Below are positions 47,714-60,833 of a stretch of 64,000 nucleotides of DNA, piece by piece (positions within the stretch are counted from its first letter, which is position 1; each line of letters starts with the position of its first letter). Below the pieces are notes generated by a model that had not been told where the DNA came from, searched no databases, and saw only the letters and a list, made by a program, of their open reading frames with translations. The stretch is from the NCBI GenBank assembly GCA_029859645.1, contig JAOUCS010000007.1, positions 1,740-65,739 on the forward strand, written 5' to 3'. The DNA is from Lysobacterales bacterium. Its GTDB lineage: Bacteria; Pseudomonadota; Gammaproteobacteria; Xanthomonadales; SZUA-36. The translations under genes were made by a program, and so were the position numbers.

Positions 47714-50245
47714 ATGAAGAGAATGCTGATCAACGCGACTCAGCCAGAGGAGTTGCGTGTGGCCGTTGCAGACGGCCAGGTACTTATTGATCTGGACATC
47801 GAAGTTCCTTCCCAGGAACAAAAGAAATCAAACGTTTACAAGGGTAAAATTACCCGCATCGAGCCCTCACTGGAAGCTTGTTTTGTGGACTTTGGCTCCG
47901 AGCGCCACGGGTTCCTGCCGTTCAAGGAAATCTGCAAGGACTTTTACCATCCCTCTGCACGGAAAAGTGAAGGCAAGCTTGCGATCCGCGACGCCGTCAA
48001 GGAAGGCCAGGAACTGATTGTCCAGGTCGAAAAAGAAGAGCGCGGCAACAAGGGCGCCGCGTTGACGACCTATATTTCTCTCGCGGGAAGATACCTGGTG
48101 CTGATGCCGACCAACCCGAAGGCGGGTGGTGTTTCACGTCGAATCAGCGGCGAGGATCGACAGGATTTACGCGAACAACTGCAACAGGTTATTGCACCGG
48201 ACAACGTCGGAATCATAGTCCGGACTGCGGGTGTTGGGCGCGAGGCCGAAGAATTGCAGTGGGATCTTGATTACCTGCTGCAACTGTGGAGCGCCATTGA
48301 AAAAGCCGCTACGGAGAACAAGGCTCCCTTCCTGATATACCAGGAAAGCAACCTGTTTATCCGCGCACTACGTGACCATTTGCGCAACGACATCGGTGAA
48401 ATCCTGATTGACAATGATACCGTCTTCGCTGATGCGAAAGAGTTTGTGCAACAGGTCATGCCGCACAATACCCGCAAGCTCAAGCTGTATTCCGATGATG
48501 TGCCACTGTTTAACCGGTACCAGATTGAAAGCCAGATAGAATCGGCATTCGCCCGGACGGTTCATCTTCCATCCGGTGGTTCCCTGGTCATTGACCATAC
48601 CGAGGCGATGCTGTCCATCGACATTAACTCGGCCCGTGCCACCAAGGGCTCGGATATCGAGGACACCGCGTACAAAACAAACCTCGAGGCTGCTGACGAA
48701 ATTGCACGTCAGCTGCGGTTGCGGGATCTTGGTGGACTGATCGTGATTGATTTCATCGACATGATGGACCGCAAGCACCAGCGCAGTGTTGAAGAACGCC
48801 TGCGCCATGCCCTGCAGATTGATAAAGCACGGGTCCAGACCGGCCGGATTTCACGTTTTGGCCTATTGGAGATGTCGCGGCAACGCCTGCGCCCGTCACT
48901 GGGTGAATCCAGCCAGGAGCCCTGCCCTCGCTGCGACGGACATGGCACCATCCGCAGCACGGAGTCATTGGCTTTGTCCATTCTGCGACTCGTCGAAGAA
49001 GAGTCCATGAAGGAGTTCACCGGACAGGTTATTGTTCAGGCGCCGCCAACGGTCGCCAATTTCCTGCTGAATGAAAAGAGAAAGGCGCTGGCTGAAATCG
49101 AAGCCCGCCACAAGATGCCAATATTCATTCTGTCGAATGAATACATGGAGCGGCCCAAATTTGAAATACATCGAATCCGCAAATCAGACATCACGGATGA
49201 ACCCAGCTATACCCGCATCGAAAAACCGGATGCCGAACTGGTTGCATCTTCTGAAACCCAGGCCTCTGCTGCGGCCACAGGACCTGTGCCTGCCGTTACC
49301 GGTGTTGTACGCAACCGGCCTGCCCCGGTACGTGCCGCTCCTCCAGAGCCGGAAAAGAAAGCCAAGCCAGGATTCTTTGGTCAACTTTTTTCAAAGCTGT
49401 TTTCTGGATCTGAACAGGAAGAACCGGTAGTAGAGAAGCCACCGGCACGAAAGGAAGCCAGTAAGAAGAAGGCAACGGCTACGCGTCAGCAAAGCCGCAG
49501 GGATCCACGTCAAGGCGGGGAACAGAGAACGCGGAGCCGTCGTGGTGGGAAAAAGAAAAAAGTCTCGTCTCGATCGCAGCCTGGCGAAGACCAAAAACAA
49601 CAAAGCAAAAAGATATCCGGGAAGAAAAAGACAACCAGGAAAAAGTCCACTCGCAGGCGTGCACAAAAACCCAGGGCAGACCAGACCGGGCGGCAGCAGG
49701 ACCTGAAACAACAGACCGCTGGCCAGCAGGAAACGCCGAAGCAGTCAGCAGGCAATCAGTCACAGAAAAGCGCGTCCCAGGATAAGCCCGCTGAAACACC
49801 TTCCCGCAAACCACGCCGCAGAAGGTCTCCATACCAGACATCCGGCGCCAAAGGTCGTGACGGGCGTAGTGAAGACGTAGCTGACAAGGTTCAGACTTCG
49901 CCGGTCGCCAGTGATGATTCCCGTGCAAAAGCACTGGTTGAAAAGCCGGATCAGCCCATGGTCGAGCAAGGCAAGCCCAAACGCCAGCCAGTGGAAAAAC
50001 GGGAAAAACCTGCTGAGAGAAAGCCTGCCGACACAAACGAAAAGCCGAGGGCAGCAAAAGCCGGGACTGACGAACCAAAGCCAAAAACCATGCAAGCCAA
50101 GTCAGACAGCCCCAAAGCTGAAAAGCCCAAAGCTGAAAAGAAAGCCGGCAGCGGACAAAAAGTCGAAGCTGTAAAGGACCAGAACGGAATTTATACTCTT
50201 AAGTCACCACCTTCAGAGAACGCGAAAACCGATACGCCAGCATAG
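47714..50245 (+). CDS. rne: Ribonuclease E
   Basis: [17 protein letters not shown].., S1 domain, catalytic core, CPRCDGHG Zn-link, and a K/P/Q/R-rich low-complexity scaffold tail. Confidence 0.96.
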   Translation: MKRMLINATQPEELRVAVADGQVLIDLDIEVPSQEQKKSNVYKGKITRIEPSLEACFVDFGSERHGFLPFKEICKDFYHPSARKSEGKLAIRDAVKEGQELIVQVEKEERGNKGAALTTYISLAGRYLVLMPTNPKAGGVSRRISGEDRQDLREQLQQVIAPDNVGIIVRTAGVGREAEELQWDLDYLLQLWSAIEKAATENKAPFLIYQESNLFIRALRDHLRNDIGEILIDNDTVFADAKEFVQQVMPHNTRKLKLYSDDVPLFNRYQIESQIESAFARTVHLPSGGSLVIDHTEAMLSIDINSARATKGSDIEDTAYKTNLEAADEIARQLRLRDLGGLIVIDFIDMMDRKHQRSVEERLRHALQIDKARVQTGRISRFGLLEMSRQRLRPSLGESSQEPCPRCDGHGTIRSTESLALSILRLVEEESMKEFTGQVIVQAPPTVANFLLNEKRKALAEIEARHKMPIFILSNEYMERPKFEIHRIRKSDITDEPSYTRIEKPDAELVASSETQASAAATGPVPAVTGVVRNRPAPVRAAPPEPEKKAKPGFFGQLFSKLFSGSEQEEPVVEKPPARKEASKKKATATRQQSRRDPRQGGEQRTRSRRGGKKKKVSSRSQPGEDQKQQSKKISGKKKTTRKKSTRRRAQKPRADQTGRQQDLKQQTAGQQETPKQSAGNQSQKSASQDKPAETPSRKPRRRRSPYQTSGAKGRDGRSEDVADKVQTSPVASDDSRAKALVEKPDQPMVEQGKPKRQPVEKREKPAERKPADTNEKPRAAKAGTDEPKPKTMQAKSDSPKAEKPKAEKKAGSGQKVEAVKDQNGIYTLKSPPSENAKTDTPA

Positions 50246-50263
50246 ACGCGTTTACCCGTCGGT

Positions 50264-50893
50264 TCAGACAACCCCGTATCGCAAAGCCATACGGGTCATG
50301 TCTACATCGCTTCTGGTATTGAGCTTGTCGTATATCCGGTACTTGTAGGTCGCTACGGTTTTGGGACTGAGGTGCATCATATCGGCAATTTCAGTGATTT
50401 TCTGACCCTCAGCCAGCATCAGCATGACTTCCATTTCACGGGCTGATAATTCGTCGAATGGCGATTTGCTGCCGCCGGGCAGCATCTGCAGCGCCATTTG
50501 CTGAGCAATTCGGGACCCAATGTGCCGTCCGCCGGCGGCCACGGTATCAATCGCCTGCACCAGTTCTGGCACCGGGCACCCCTTGGTCAGGTACCCCGAT
50601 GCTCCTGCATCCAGTAACTGAGTCGGATAAGGCGCCTGTTCATGAATCGTCAGGATGATAATACCCGGACAGGGGCTGGCCTTTTTCAGACGGGCTGTGA
50701 CCTCAAAGCCGGACAAACCGGGCAAGCTTACATCGAGCACCACGACATCAGGCTTGATTTCACGATTCAGTTTCAGGGCAGTTTCACCATCCCCTGCTTC
50801 AGCAGCAATATGAATCGCCGGATAATCTGCCAGTATGTAACGAAGCCCGATACGGACGAGTTCGTGGTCGTCCACAACCATTATCCTGATCAT
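50264..50893 (-). CDS. gacA: GacA/UvrY-family response regulator (LuxR-type)
   Basis: Close end-to-end resemblance to Pseudomonas GacA as I recall it (VVDDHELVR, PDVVVLDVSLPG, SPKTVATYKYRIYDKL). Confidence 0.85.
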   Translation of the reverse strand: MIRIMVVDDHELVRIGLRYILADYPAIHIAAEAGDGETALKLNREIKPDVVVLDVSLPGLSGFEVTARLKKASPCPGIIILTIHEQAPYPTQLLDAGASGYLTKGCPVPELVQAIDTVAAGGRHIGSRIAQQMALQMLPGGSKSPFDELSAREMEVMLMLAEGQKITEIADMMHLSPKTVATYKYRIYDKLNTRSDVDMTRMALRYGVV

Positions 50894-51303
50894 GCTTTCC
50901 CCTTTTCTGGTAGTTGTCCCGTTGCCCCCGGTTAAAAATATACTAGGACAAGAGCCTGGATTAGTCGACAGGGAAGCTTTCAGGCGAGTGAATTTCCTAC
51001 ACAGAGCCCGGCAAGATGTGTAGCTTTTCGCGGCGCCTTGTCCGCATTGGTCAAATTAGAAGAATTCCCGGCTGCACCGAAATAGGCTCGATTGTGGTGG
51101 CTCGAAGAACTCGTGACGGCTGGGTCAACGGGCCAGATGACAGGACTGAGATGCTAAAAGAACTCATATCTTGCTCTTTCACAGGTTAATGACTGGAGTC
51201 ATTGCATCTATTAACTGGAACGAGATTCTTACAGGACGGTATGGGAACTGAATTCTGAGCCGTGGGATGGTGAGTCCGGGCCAGCTAGCGTGAGGAGTAT
51301 CCA

Positions 51304-54036
51304 ATGAAAATGCCAGTCGTCTTTAATGAAAATCCTGTCTTTCTGTGCAAATTCAAGAGTCATGAGAAACGCCGGTCAACGGATTTATTGAAACGGCTAT
51401 TACAGCTCTTGGCGGCTTGCATGGTCATCAGTTGCATCTCCGCATTTGGACAAGAAAACACCAGTGTTAAAATCAATCCGGGGCACAATGGTGCTTGGTT
51501 CAATCCTACTACTTCCGGACAGGGGTTCCTGCTGGATGTAATGCCCGAGACAAACCTAGCATTCCTGGCCTGGTTCACCTATGACCTCGTTCAGCCGGCC
51601 CCATCGGAGACAGCGACCGTGGGATACCCCGGTCATCGCTGGTTGACGGCGCAAGGTCCGCTGAAAGGAAATGCGGCAAATCTGAATGTTTACCTCACGC
51701 GGGGTGGTCTGTTTGACAACTCTGCTGCTGTCAGAAACATACCGGATGGCACAATCACATTGACCTTTAATGACTGCACTTCCGGTACGGTCGACTACCA
51801 ATTAACATCTGCCGGGGTGTCTGGAAGTATTCCAATCATAAGAGCAGTGTCCGACAACGTGGCCTTGTGTGAGTCGATTTCCAGAATACAGGCCCAGAAA
51901 CTCGACAGGGTCGAAACTGTGAGCGTCAGGCAGACTGCAGTCGACCATCCGGACTGGGTATCAAGAACCGATTCAATTGCCGGAAAGTGCGAGATAAATC
52001 CCGGCCACAATGGCGCCTGGTTCAATCCAGTTACATCAGGCCAAGGTTTCCTGCTGGACGTAATGCCGGAAACGAGCATGGCGTTTCTGGCGTGGTTCAC
52101 CTACGACACCACGCAGCCTGAACAAGGTCGGGTGGCGCAGATTGGTGATCCGGGTCATCGTTGGCTGACCGCGCAAGGCCCCCTGGGCGGTATCAACACG
52201 AACTTGGATGTTTACCTGAGCCGTAATGGACAATTTGATGACCCGGCACAGGTCAGCAATACACCGGAGGGCAGCATCACCTTGACTTTCGACAGCTGCA
52301 CCAGCGGAACCGTGAATTATCAGCTCAATTCCGCGGGTGTTTCAGGCAGCATTCCGATTTCACGTGCCGGCACCGACAATGTTGCCCTATGCCGGTCGCT
52401 GTGTGGCGATGTTGTGGTTGAGGATTCCAGGCCGCAGACCCGTGTTCACGGCCAGGAGGGCGGAATTATCAGCACGCCTGACAAACAGGGAAACATTGCA
52501 CGATTGACGATACCAGAAGGCATTCTGGCGGGGTCGAAAGATCATGTTATCGAAGCAAGCCCGTTGGATCAGGCGACAAAATTGCCGACGGGACACCTGG
52601 CTTTTGCCGGAATGCAATGGTCATCAGGCCCAGGTCCTGTAATCGGATCAGCTAGGCTGGAAATTCTGACCAGCGAAGCGGATCGATATCCTGAATTGGG
52701 TGCGTTTCATTACGAACCGGAAAGCGCTGCGTTCTACTTTTTGCCCTTGCTGATCTCGGTTGATGAGGGCGTTGTTCTGGAGGTGCCCTCTGTTTCTCAA
52801 GGTACCACCGGGCTGGCTTTCATTACGGCAAGTGAAATGGAGCAGTGGCCGCCACCCGCCAGTCCTGTCAAAGCCAGATATCTTCAGCAGATGGCAATCA
52901 AGGCAAAAAAGATTGTGGAGTCGGCTGCTGCCAGGGAATCCGCACCTGGGAATGCGGTGGTGGCCGTTGCCAGTGATGAGCCTGGGCCAGTGAAACCCAA
53001 GGCGGATCCGTTCGATTTTACTGACTTTTGGTTGCCCGAGTTCAAAGCCTGGTTCGATAACGAGATTAAACCCAGTCTGGGTGCTGCAATCGGAGGCTGT
53101 TATGTGGCAGCTGATTTTGTCAGGATAGGGGAAGATTGGCTATCCGCGCTTGCGATGGAAAGTTACGATGACCACTCGGAACTGCAAAGCAGAATCAGCA
53201 CACTGGAATCGGCTTTTGAGCAGTTTTCCAATGCTGCAATTCAAGACATCGGGGAAATCGACCAGCTGTGCGCATTGGAATCCGATCCTTGCGCGCAAGT
53301 CAGTATCATGCAGGAACTGGCCGTATGCGCGCAGGCGCTGAATCTGCTCGGAACCGACATGAGTCTGATTGACCTCGCCTGTGCCAATGCACCGAGCGTC
53401 CTATCAGTTGCACCCAAGAACCGCAATATTTGTCCAGGGGAGACTATCCAGTTCTATGCTGTGGTCAAGAACCTGAAAGGGGATGCCATTGATGTAGACC
53501 AGGCCGAACTGTTATGGACGAGTGACCTGCCTCAGTCTTTAACAATCAATCCAGAAAGTGGCGAGGCAAACGCAGTGGCTGAAGGATATGTGCTGGTTAG
53601 TGCGTCCAGTGAAGTTTGCGGGTTTACCCTTTCGGGGAATGCTTCGGTCGAGGTTAACAGTGCACCGGATATCGGCGGTAGCTATTCATTGACGGGCAGT
53701 GAAACTGTAAGAGGCTGTCTTGACCCGGAAGATAACGGTGTCTATGGCGGAAGCGGCATGGCTACCATTTCGATGGGTCCGATCAATGCTGGGTCAGCAA
53801 GCGCCAGTTTTAGTGGTAAAAGTGACGGTCCCGGTTTTGGACATTCCTTCTCGGGTACGGTTTCTTGTAGTGGGTCACTGTCTGGCGGGGGTACTTACAG
53901 TGAGTCCGAGACCTCGGGAAATAGCTCCTTTTCCGGTTCATTTTCAGGTAGAACCATCATTATCAATGGTTCCGGTCAGGATGTGGCCGGAGACACATGC
54001 TCATCAAAGGGGTGGGCCAGGGCAACCAGGAAATAG
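51304..54036 (+). CDS. Large secreted repeat protein of unknown function (two copies of an uncharacterised 133-aa module, a Big_2-like Ig domain and an S/G-rich tail)
   Basis: GAGGAG Shine-Dalgarno and a hydrophobic signal-like N-terminus. It has two internal repeats, an Ig-like segment (ICPGETIQFYAVVKNLKGDAI..) and a Ser/Gly-rich C-terminus. Confidence 0.75.
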   Translation: MKMPVVFNENPVFLCKFKSHEKRRSTDLLKRLLQLLAACMVISCISAFGQENTSVKINPGHNGAWFNPTTSGQGFLLDVMPETNLAFLAWFTYDLVQPAPSETATVGYPGHRWLTAQGPLKGNAANLNVYLTRGGLFDNSAAVRNIPDGTITLTFNDCTSGTVDYQLTSAGVSGSIPIIRAVSDNVALCESISRIQAQKLDRVETVSVRQTAVDHPDWVSRTDSIAGKCEINPGHNGAWFNPVTSGQGFLLDVMPETSMAFLAWFTYDTTQPEQGRVAQIGDPGHRWLTAQGPLGGINTNLDVYLSRNGQFDDPAQVSNTPEGSITLTFDSCTSGTVNYQLNSAGVSGSIPISRAGTDNVALCRSLCGDVVVEDSRPQTRVHGQEGGIISTPDKQGNIARLTIPEGILAGSKDHVIEASPLDQATKLPTGHLAFAGMQWSSGPGPVIGSARLEILTSEADRYPELGAFHYEPESAAFYFLPLLISVDEGVVLEVPSVSQGTTGLAFITASEMEQWPPPASPVKARYLQQMAIKAKKIVESAAARESAPGNAVVAVASDEPGPVKPKADPFDFTDFWLPEFKAWFDNEIKPSLGAAIGGCYVAADFVRIGEDWLSALAMESYDDHSELQSRISTLESAFEQFSNAAIQDIGEIDQLCALESDPCAQVSIMQELAVCAQALNLLGTDMSLIDLACANAPSVLSVAPKNRNICPGETIQFYAVVKNLKGDAIDVDQAELLWTSDLPQSLTINPESGEANAVAEGYVLVSASSEVCGFTLSGNASVEVNSAPDIGGSYSLTGSETVRGCLDPEDNGVYGGSGMATISMGPINAGSASASFSGKSDGPGFGHSFSGTVSCSGSLSGGGTYSESETSGNSSFSGSFSGRTIIINGSGQDVAGDTCSSKGWARATRK
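51472..51870 (+). repeat. Internal protein repeat copy 1 (aa 57-189 of the 910-aa protein)
   Basis: INPGHNGAWFNPTTSGQGFLLDVMPE...DNVALC. It shares 98 of 133 residues with copy 2 in an ungapped alignment done by eye. Confidence 0.9.
51994..52392 (+). repeat. Internal protein repeat copy 2 (aa 231-363)
   Basis: INPGHNGAWFNPVTSGQGFLLDVMPE...DNVALC. Confidence 0.9.
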
Positions 54037-54220
54037 CTCAGCTTCGTTACGTTGAAATAGACATTTTGGTCACACTCCGAAAGTCTTTAGGCATTCAAGA
54101 ATGGCCAGCACAGAGGCCTGGGTTTCAAAGGTCAAACATGATTTCTGTTCGCGTAACACTCGGGTTCCTGATTGTTTTGTCCATTCTGAACGTCAGAGCC
54201 AACACGCCCGACCCCCTTTA

Positions 54221-54420
54221 TCAGGATGACGCCACTAATGGGATTGCTATTTGAGTGGGACCGTAATTATTACCCCAGCACTTAGCCCTAGCATCAAATG
54301 TGGCACTAGTGAATAGTCCTCCTGCGGAAACTGAGGTTATTTCAGACGTGAGATTTGCAATATCAACAGGAACGGCTTGATCTGGTTCAGAGGTGCCATC
54401 TCCGAGTTTGCCGGAAAAAT
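54221..54420 (-). pseudogene. RCC1-repeat gene fragment (about one repeat) abutting the 3' end of tRNA-Ser
   Basis: The minus-strand frame reads GKLGDGTSEPDQAVPVDIANLTSEITSVSAGGLFTSATFDARAKCWGNNYGPTQ. This fits the RCC1 pattern (LGDG..P..V...i..vsaG......dG...CWG.N.yGQ). It has no start codon of its own and only about 65 codons. Confidence 0.5.
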
Positions 54421-54440
54421 CATGTAACTTATTGAAATAC

Positions 54441-54531
54441 TGGCGGAGAGGGTGGGATTCGAACCCACGAAGGGCTATTAACCCTTGCTGGTTTTCAAGA
54501 CCAGTGCATTCAACCGCTCTGCCACCTCTCC
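54441..54531 (-). tRNA. tRNA-Ser (anticodon UGA)
   Basis: The reverse complement folds as a class II tRNA. The acceptor stem is GGAGAGG/CCTCTCC, and the anticodon stem CTGGT/ACCAG has loop CTTGAAA. It has a long variable arm, a T arm GTGGG-TTCGAAT-CCCAC and an encoded CCA. Confidence 0.95.
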
Positions 54532-54721
54532 GTGTCAAAACTTTGGTATGCCTGAGGCGCGCAAGAATACCCTAATTTTCACCTTTGCTCCAGCCCTGAC
54601 AGCTGGCACATGACAGATCATTGCAAATTATTTAAGGTATCAGCCTTGAAGCAGGGAACTCGGGCCCACAGTTCCCTGTCAGATACTTGGAATTTATGCA
54701 TTAAAGGAGCATCATTAACCC

Positions 54722-55393
54722 ATGAACACACCCGTTTACAACGTTTCTTCAACCAGAAGTCTGCCTGCTGCAACGGTCAACAAGACCTTGCGCAACACTT
54801 ATGCGCTGCTCGGCATGTTGTTTGTTTTCGGTGCCGCAACAGCATGGGTTGCCCAGGCGATGAACTGGCGTATTGGCTTCTTTCCGTTCCTGATCGGAAT
54901 TTTCGCTTTCTCTTATGCCATCACGCGCACCCGTAACAGTGTCTGGGGTTTGGTTTTGTCGTTTGGTTTTGCCGGCCTGCTTGGCGTGGTTACCGGCTCC
55001 AACGTCAATGCCGCGCTCTATCAGTACAGTAACGGCGGTGAACTTGTCGCTTCGGCCTTCGGCCTGACGGCGGGCATTTTCTTCGCACTTTCAGCCTACG
55101 CGATGACGACCAAGCGCGACTTTAGCGGCTGGTTTGCGTTTCTCGGGGTTGGTACGCTCGCCGTGCTCGGTGCTTTTATCCTGAACTACTTCCTGCAGGT
55201 ACCGGCGCTTGCGCTGGCGTTATCCACGATGATCATTATGCTGTCCTGCGGCTGGATCATCTGGCAAACCCAGCAAAACGTGCGTAATGGTGAGACCAAT
55301 TACATCATGGCCGCCACCGCACTGATGGCCGATATTTTCGTGCTCTTCAACCACCTGCTTGCGCTTCTGGGTTTTGGCTTCGGCGAAGACTAA
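54722..55393 (+). CDS. yccA: Bax inhibitor-1/YccA family membrane protein
   Basis: 223 aa with 7 TM helices. The N-terminus ..NKTLRNTYALLGMLFVF is typical of YccA/BI-1. Confidence 0.88.
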   Translation: MNTPVYNVSSTRSLPAATVNKTLRNTYALLGMLFVFGAATAWVAQAMNWRIGFFPFLIGIFAFSYAITRTRNSVWGLVLSFGFAGLLGVVTGSNVNAALYQYSNGGELVASAFGLTAGIFFALSAYAMTTKRDFSGWFAFLGVGTLAVLGAFILNYFLQVPALALALSTMIIMLSCGWIIWQTQQNVRNGETNYIMAATALMADIFVLFNHLLALLGFGFGED

Positions 55394-55422
55394 ACCGGCA
55401 ACCCGGAAACAGGATCTACCCC

Positions 55423-55450
55423 AAAGCCCGCTTCATGCGGGCTTTCTTTA
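55423..55450. terminator. Bidirectional rho-independent terminator between yccA and serS
   Basis: AAAGCCCGC-TTCAT-GCGGGCTTT with flanking A/T runs. Confidence 0.75.
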
Positions 55451-56719
55451 AATCGCTTCCAGGCCACCCATGTAAGGCTTCAGAACCTCCGGAACCCGGA
55501 TACTGCCGTCCTGTTGCTGGTAGTTTTCCATAACCGCGATGAGAGTACGGCCCACAGCCAGCCCGGAGCCATTGAGCGTGTGCACCAGCTCGGGTTTGCC
55601 GGTTTCAGGGTTACGCCAGCGGGTCTTCATCCGCCGCGCCTGGAAGTCCGTACAGACGCTGCATGACGAAATTTCGCGGTAGGTTTCCTGCCCTGGCAAC
55701 CAGGCCTCGATGTCATGAGTTTTGGCGGCAGAGAAGCCCATGTCACCGGTGCACAGAATGATGGTGCGATAGGGTATTTCCAGCCGCTGCAGGATGGACT
55801 CCGCGTGACCGGTCAGCTCATCCAGAGCGTCGAGAGAACGTTCAGGACTGGTGATCTGCACCAGCTCCACTTTTTCGAACTGGTGCTGGCGAATGATGCC
55901 GCGCGTGTCCTGGCCGTAGGAACCGGCCTCGCGTCGGAAACACGGTGTCTGGGAAGTGAACTTTAAAGGCAGGTCGGCTGCGTCCACGATATCGCCCGCC
56001 ATCATGTTAGTCATCGGCACTTCGGCTGTCGGTATCAGGTAACGCGGCGGATCATCGGTGGTTGCAAAGGCATCATCCCCGAACTTGGGTAACTGCCCCG
56101 TTCCCGTCATGGTTTCGGTATTGACCAGGTAAGGCAGGTATAACTCTGTGTAACCATGCTCCTGCGTATGCACATCCAGCATGAACTGGGCCAATGCCCG
56201 GTGCATTCGGGAAAGGTTGCCTCTAAGCACGACGAACCGCGATCCGGCGATCTTGGCCGCCGATGGAAAGTCGAGCAGGCCACTACCCTCCCCCAGCTCA
56301 ACATGGCCGCGGGGTTCGAAATCAAACCGGGTGGGCTCGCCCCATTTACGGATTTCAACATTGTCGCTTTCGTCTTTGCCAAGTGGAACATCCGGCAGTG
56401 CAATGTTGGGCATCTCCATCAGCCAGGCCTGCTGCTGATCGCGGACCTCGTTGAATTCGGCTTCAGACCGCCCCAACCTTTCACCAAGATCTTTCACCTC
56501 GTCCAGCAACGGCTGAATGTCTTCACCCCGGGCCTTGGCCTGCCCGATGGACTTGGCGCTTATGTTTTTTTGATTCTGGAGTTCCTGTACGGCGATCTGG
56601 AGTTCTTTACGGCGTTCTTCGAGAACACGCCAGGCTACGACATCAAATTCATAACCACGCGGCGCGAGCGATGCGGCAACGGCCTGCGGGTCGGACCTCA
56701 ACAATTGTGGATCAAGCAT
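55448..56719 (-). CDS. serS: Serine--tRNA ligase
   Basis: N-terminal coiled-coil arm and class II motifs ([16 protein letters not shown]). Confidence 0.96.
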   Translation of the reverse strand: MLDPQLLRSDPQAVAASLAPRGYEFDVVAWRVLEERRKELQIAVQELQNQKNISAKSIGQAKARGEDIQPLLDEVKDLGERLGRSEAEFNEVRDQQQAWLMEMPNIALPDVPLGKDESDNVEIRKWGEPTRFDFEPRGHVELGEGSGLLDFPSAAKIAGSRFVVLRGNLSRMHRALAQFMLDVHTQEHGYTELYLPYLVNTETMTGTGQLPKFGDDAFATTDDPPRYLIPTAEVPMTNMMAGDIVDAADLPLKFTSQTPCFRREAGSYGQDTRGIIRQHQFEKVELVQITSPERSLDALDELTGHAESILQRLEIPYRTIILCTGDMGFSAAKTHDIEAWLPGQETYREISSCSVCTDFQARRMKTRWRNPETGKPELVHTLNGSGLAVGRTLIAVMENYQQQDGSIRVPEVLKPYMGGLEAI

Positions 56720-56749
56720 GGGATTTTTCTTCGGTTTAAACCAAATAGT

Positions 56750-57409
56750 TTACCGCTGAATTTCGCCGATTACATCAGCGGATTCCGGCGGATCAAAGGT
56801 AAATAGCAGTGGATCAAGCTCAGGGTTTCGCTTCACCTGGTCAAAACGAATTTCAGTTCTCAGCCCGAAGGCGTCCTCCATCACCATCATCTGGAGAATG
56901 TCGTTGGTCATGCCCAGCAGGATGCGTTCGAATTCACTCTCTGCTGAACGGGAGCGCAATTCGATCAGCTGGAGTTCGTCGGCCTGACCCACTTCCCTGA
57001 CCTCGAACTGTGAATCCAGTTGGCCCAGGTCGGTCAGCAGGGTCAGTGGCGAGTTCACAGCGGCTTCGGTCTGATTCTTGACGGTCACCTGCTCCAGCAC
57101 TTCATCGTAAATCCAGATGTTCTTTCCATCGGCAATGACCTGCTCGGGGAACTCACCGCCGTATTCCCATCGAAACAGCCCCGGGCGCTGCAGCCAGACC
57201 TCACCGGAACTGCCGTCTTGCACGCTGCCGTCGCTGCCGATCACGCGCTGGTCGAATCGCGCATGCAGCGATTGCAAGCCCTCTGAAAACCGTTCCAACT
57301 GAGCCCGCGCATTGGGTTCCTGGGCCTGTGCGAAACTACCCAGGATGATCATCCCAAGAAGTGCAACTGTGACGGTGAAAGACCGCTTCATGATCCGGTT
57401 AATCTTCAT
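56750..57409 (-). CDS. lolA: Outer-membrane lipoprotein chaperone LolA
   Basis: Signal peptide MK(INRIMK)RSFTVTVALLGMIILGSFAQA and the LolA core (GEVWLQRPGLFRWEY). An alternative start lies at 57391. The ORF is open to 57655. Confidence 0.88.
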   Translation of the reverse strand: MKINRIMKRSFTVTVALLGMIILGSFAQAQEPNARAQLERFSEGLQSLHARFDQRVIGSDGSVQDGSSGEVWLQRPGLFRWEYGGEFPEQVIADGKNIWIYDEVLEQVTVKNQTEAAVNSPLTLLTDLGQLDSQFEVREVGQADELQLIELRSRSAESEFERILLGMTNDILQMMVMEDAFGLRTEIRFDQVKRNPELDPLLFTFDPPESADVIGEIQR

Positions 57410-57416
57410 GATCCGG

Positions 57417-57422
<6 letters not shown>
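57387..57422. repeat. Perfect 18-bp tandem duplication spanning the ftsK stop and the lolA start
   Basis: The plus strand reads TTCATGATCCGGTTAATC twice. On the minus strand this is GATTAACCGGATCATGAA twice. Confidence 0.95.
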
Positions 57423-60806
<3,384 letters not shown>

Positions 60807-60833
60807 AGTCCTGCAACCGGACTTTCCAGCAGT

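Noticed and set aside
51080-51110. GTGGTGGCTCGAAGAAC as a possible remnant direct repeat of the tRNA-Ser T-arm (GGGTGGGATTCGAACCC), which would mark the distal end of a tRNA-Ser island
   Set aside because: Similarity is limited to short GTGG and TCGAA pieces with indels. It cannot be distinguished from chance.
50894-51303. GGA-rich leader upstream of the 910-aa gene that might be an Rsm/Csr sRNA or CsrA-controlled leader next to gacA. It includes GGA in the loop of AATGAC-TGGA-GTCATT, a GAGGAG Shine-Dalgarno, and TGGAAC-N6-CTTACA resembling the GacA box TGTAAG-N6-CTTACA.
   Set aside because: About ten GGA triplets in 410 nt is not clearly above the roughly six expected by chance. No terminator defines an sRNA, and the GacA-box match is only a half-site plus 4 of 6. 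Too weak to call without covariance-model or expression data.
54221-54538. 105-aa ORF overlapping tRNA-Ser
   Set aside because: Its first 33 or so codons are simply the antisense reading of the tRNA gene. Only the distal part (54221-54420) carries meaning, as an RCC1-like relic, so it is not an intact CDS.
54652-54678. 9-bp-stem hairpin (CAGGGAACT-N9-AGTTCCCTG) between tRNA-Ser and yccA
   Set aside because: No T-run follows on either strand and it is not repeated elsewhere in the window. It might be a minor regulatory or processing hairpin, but nothing supports a specific call.
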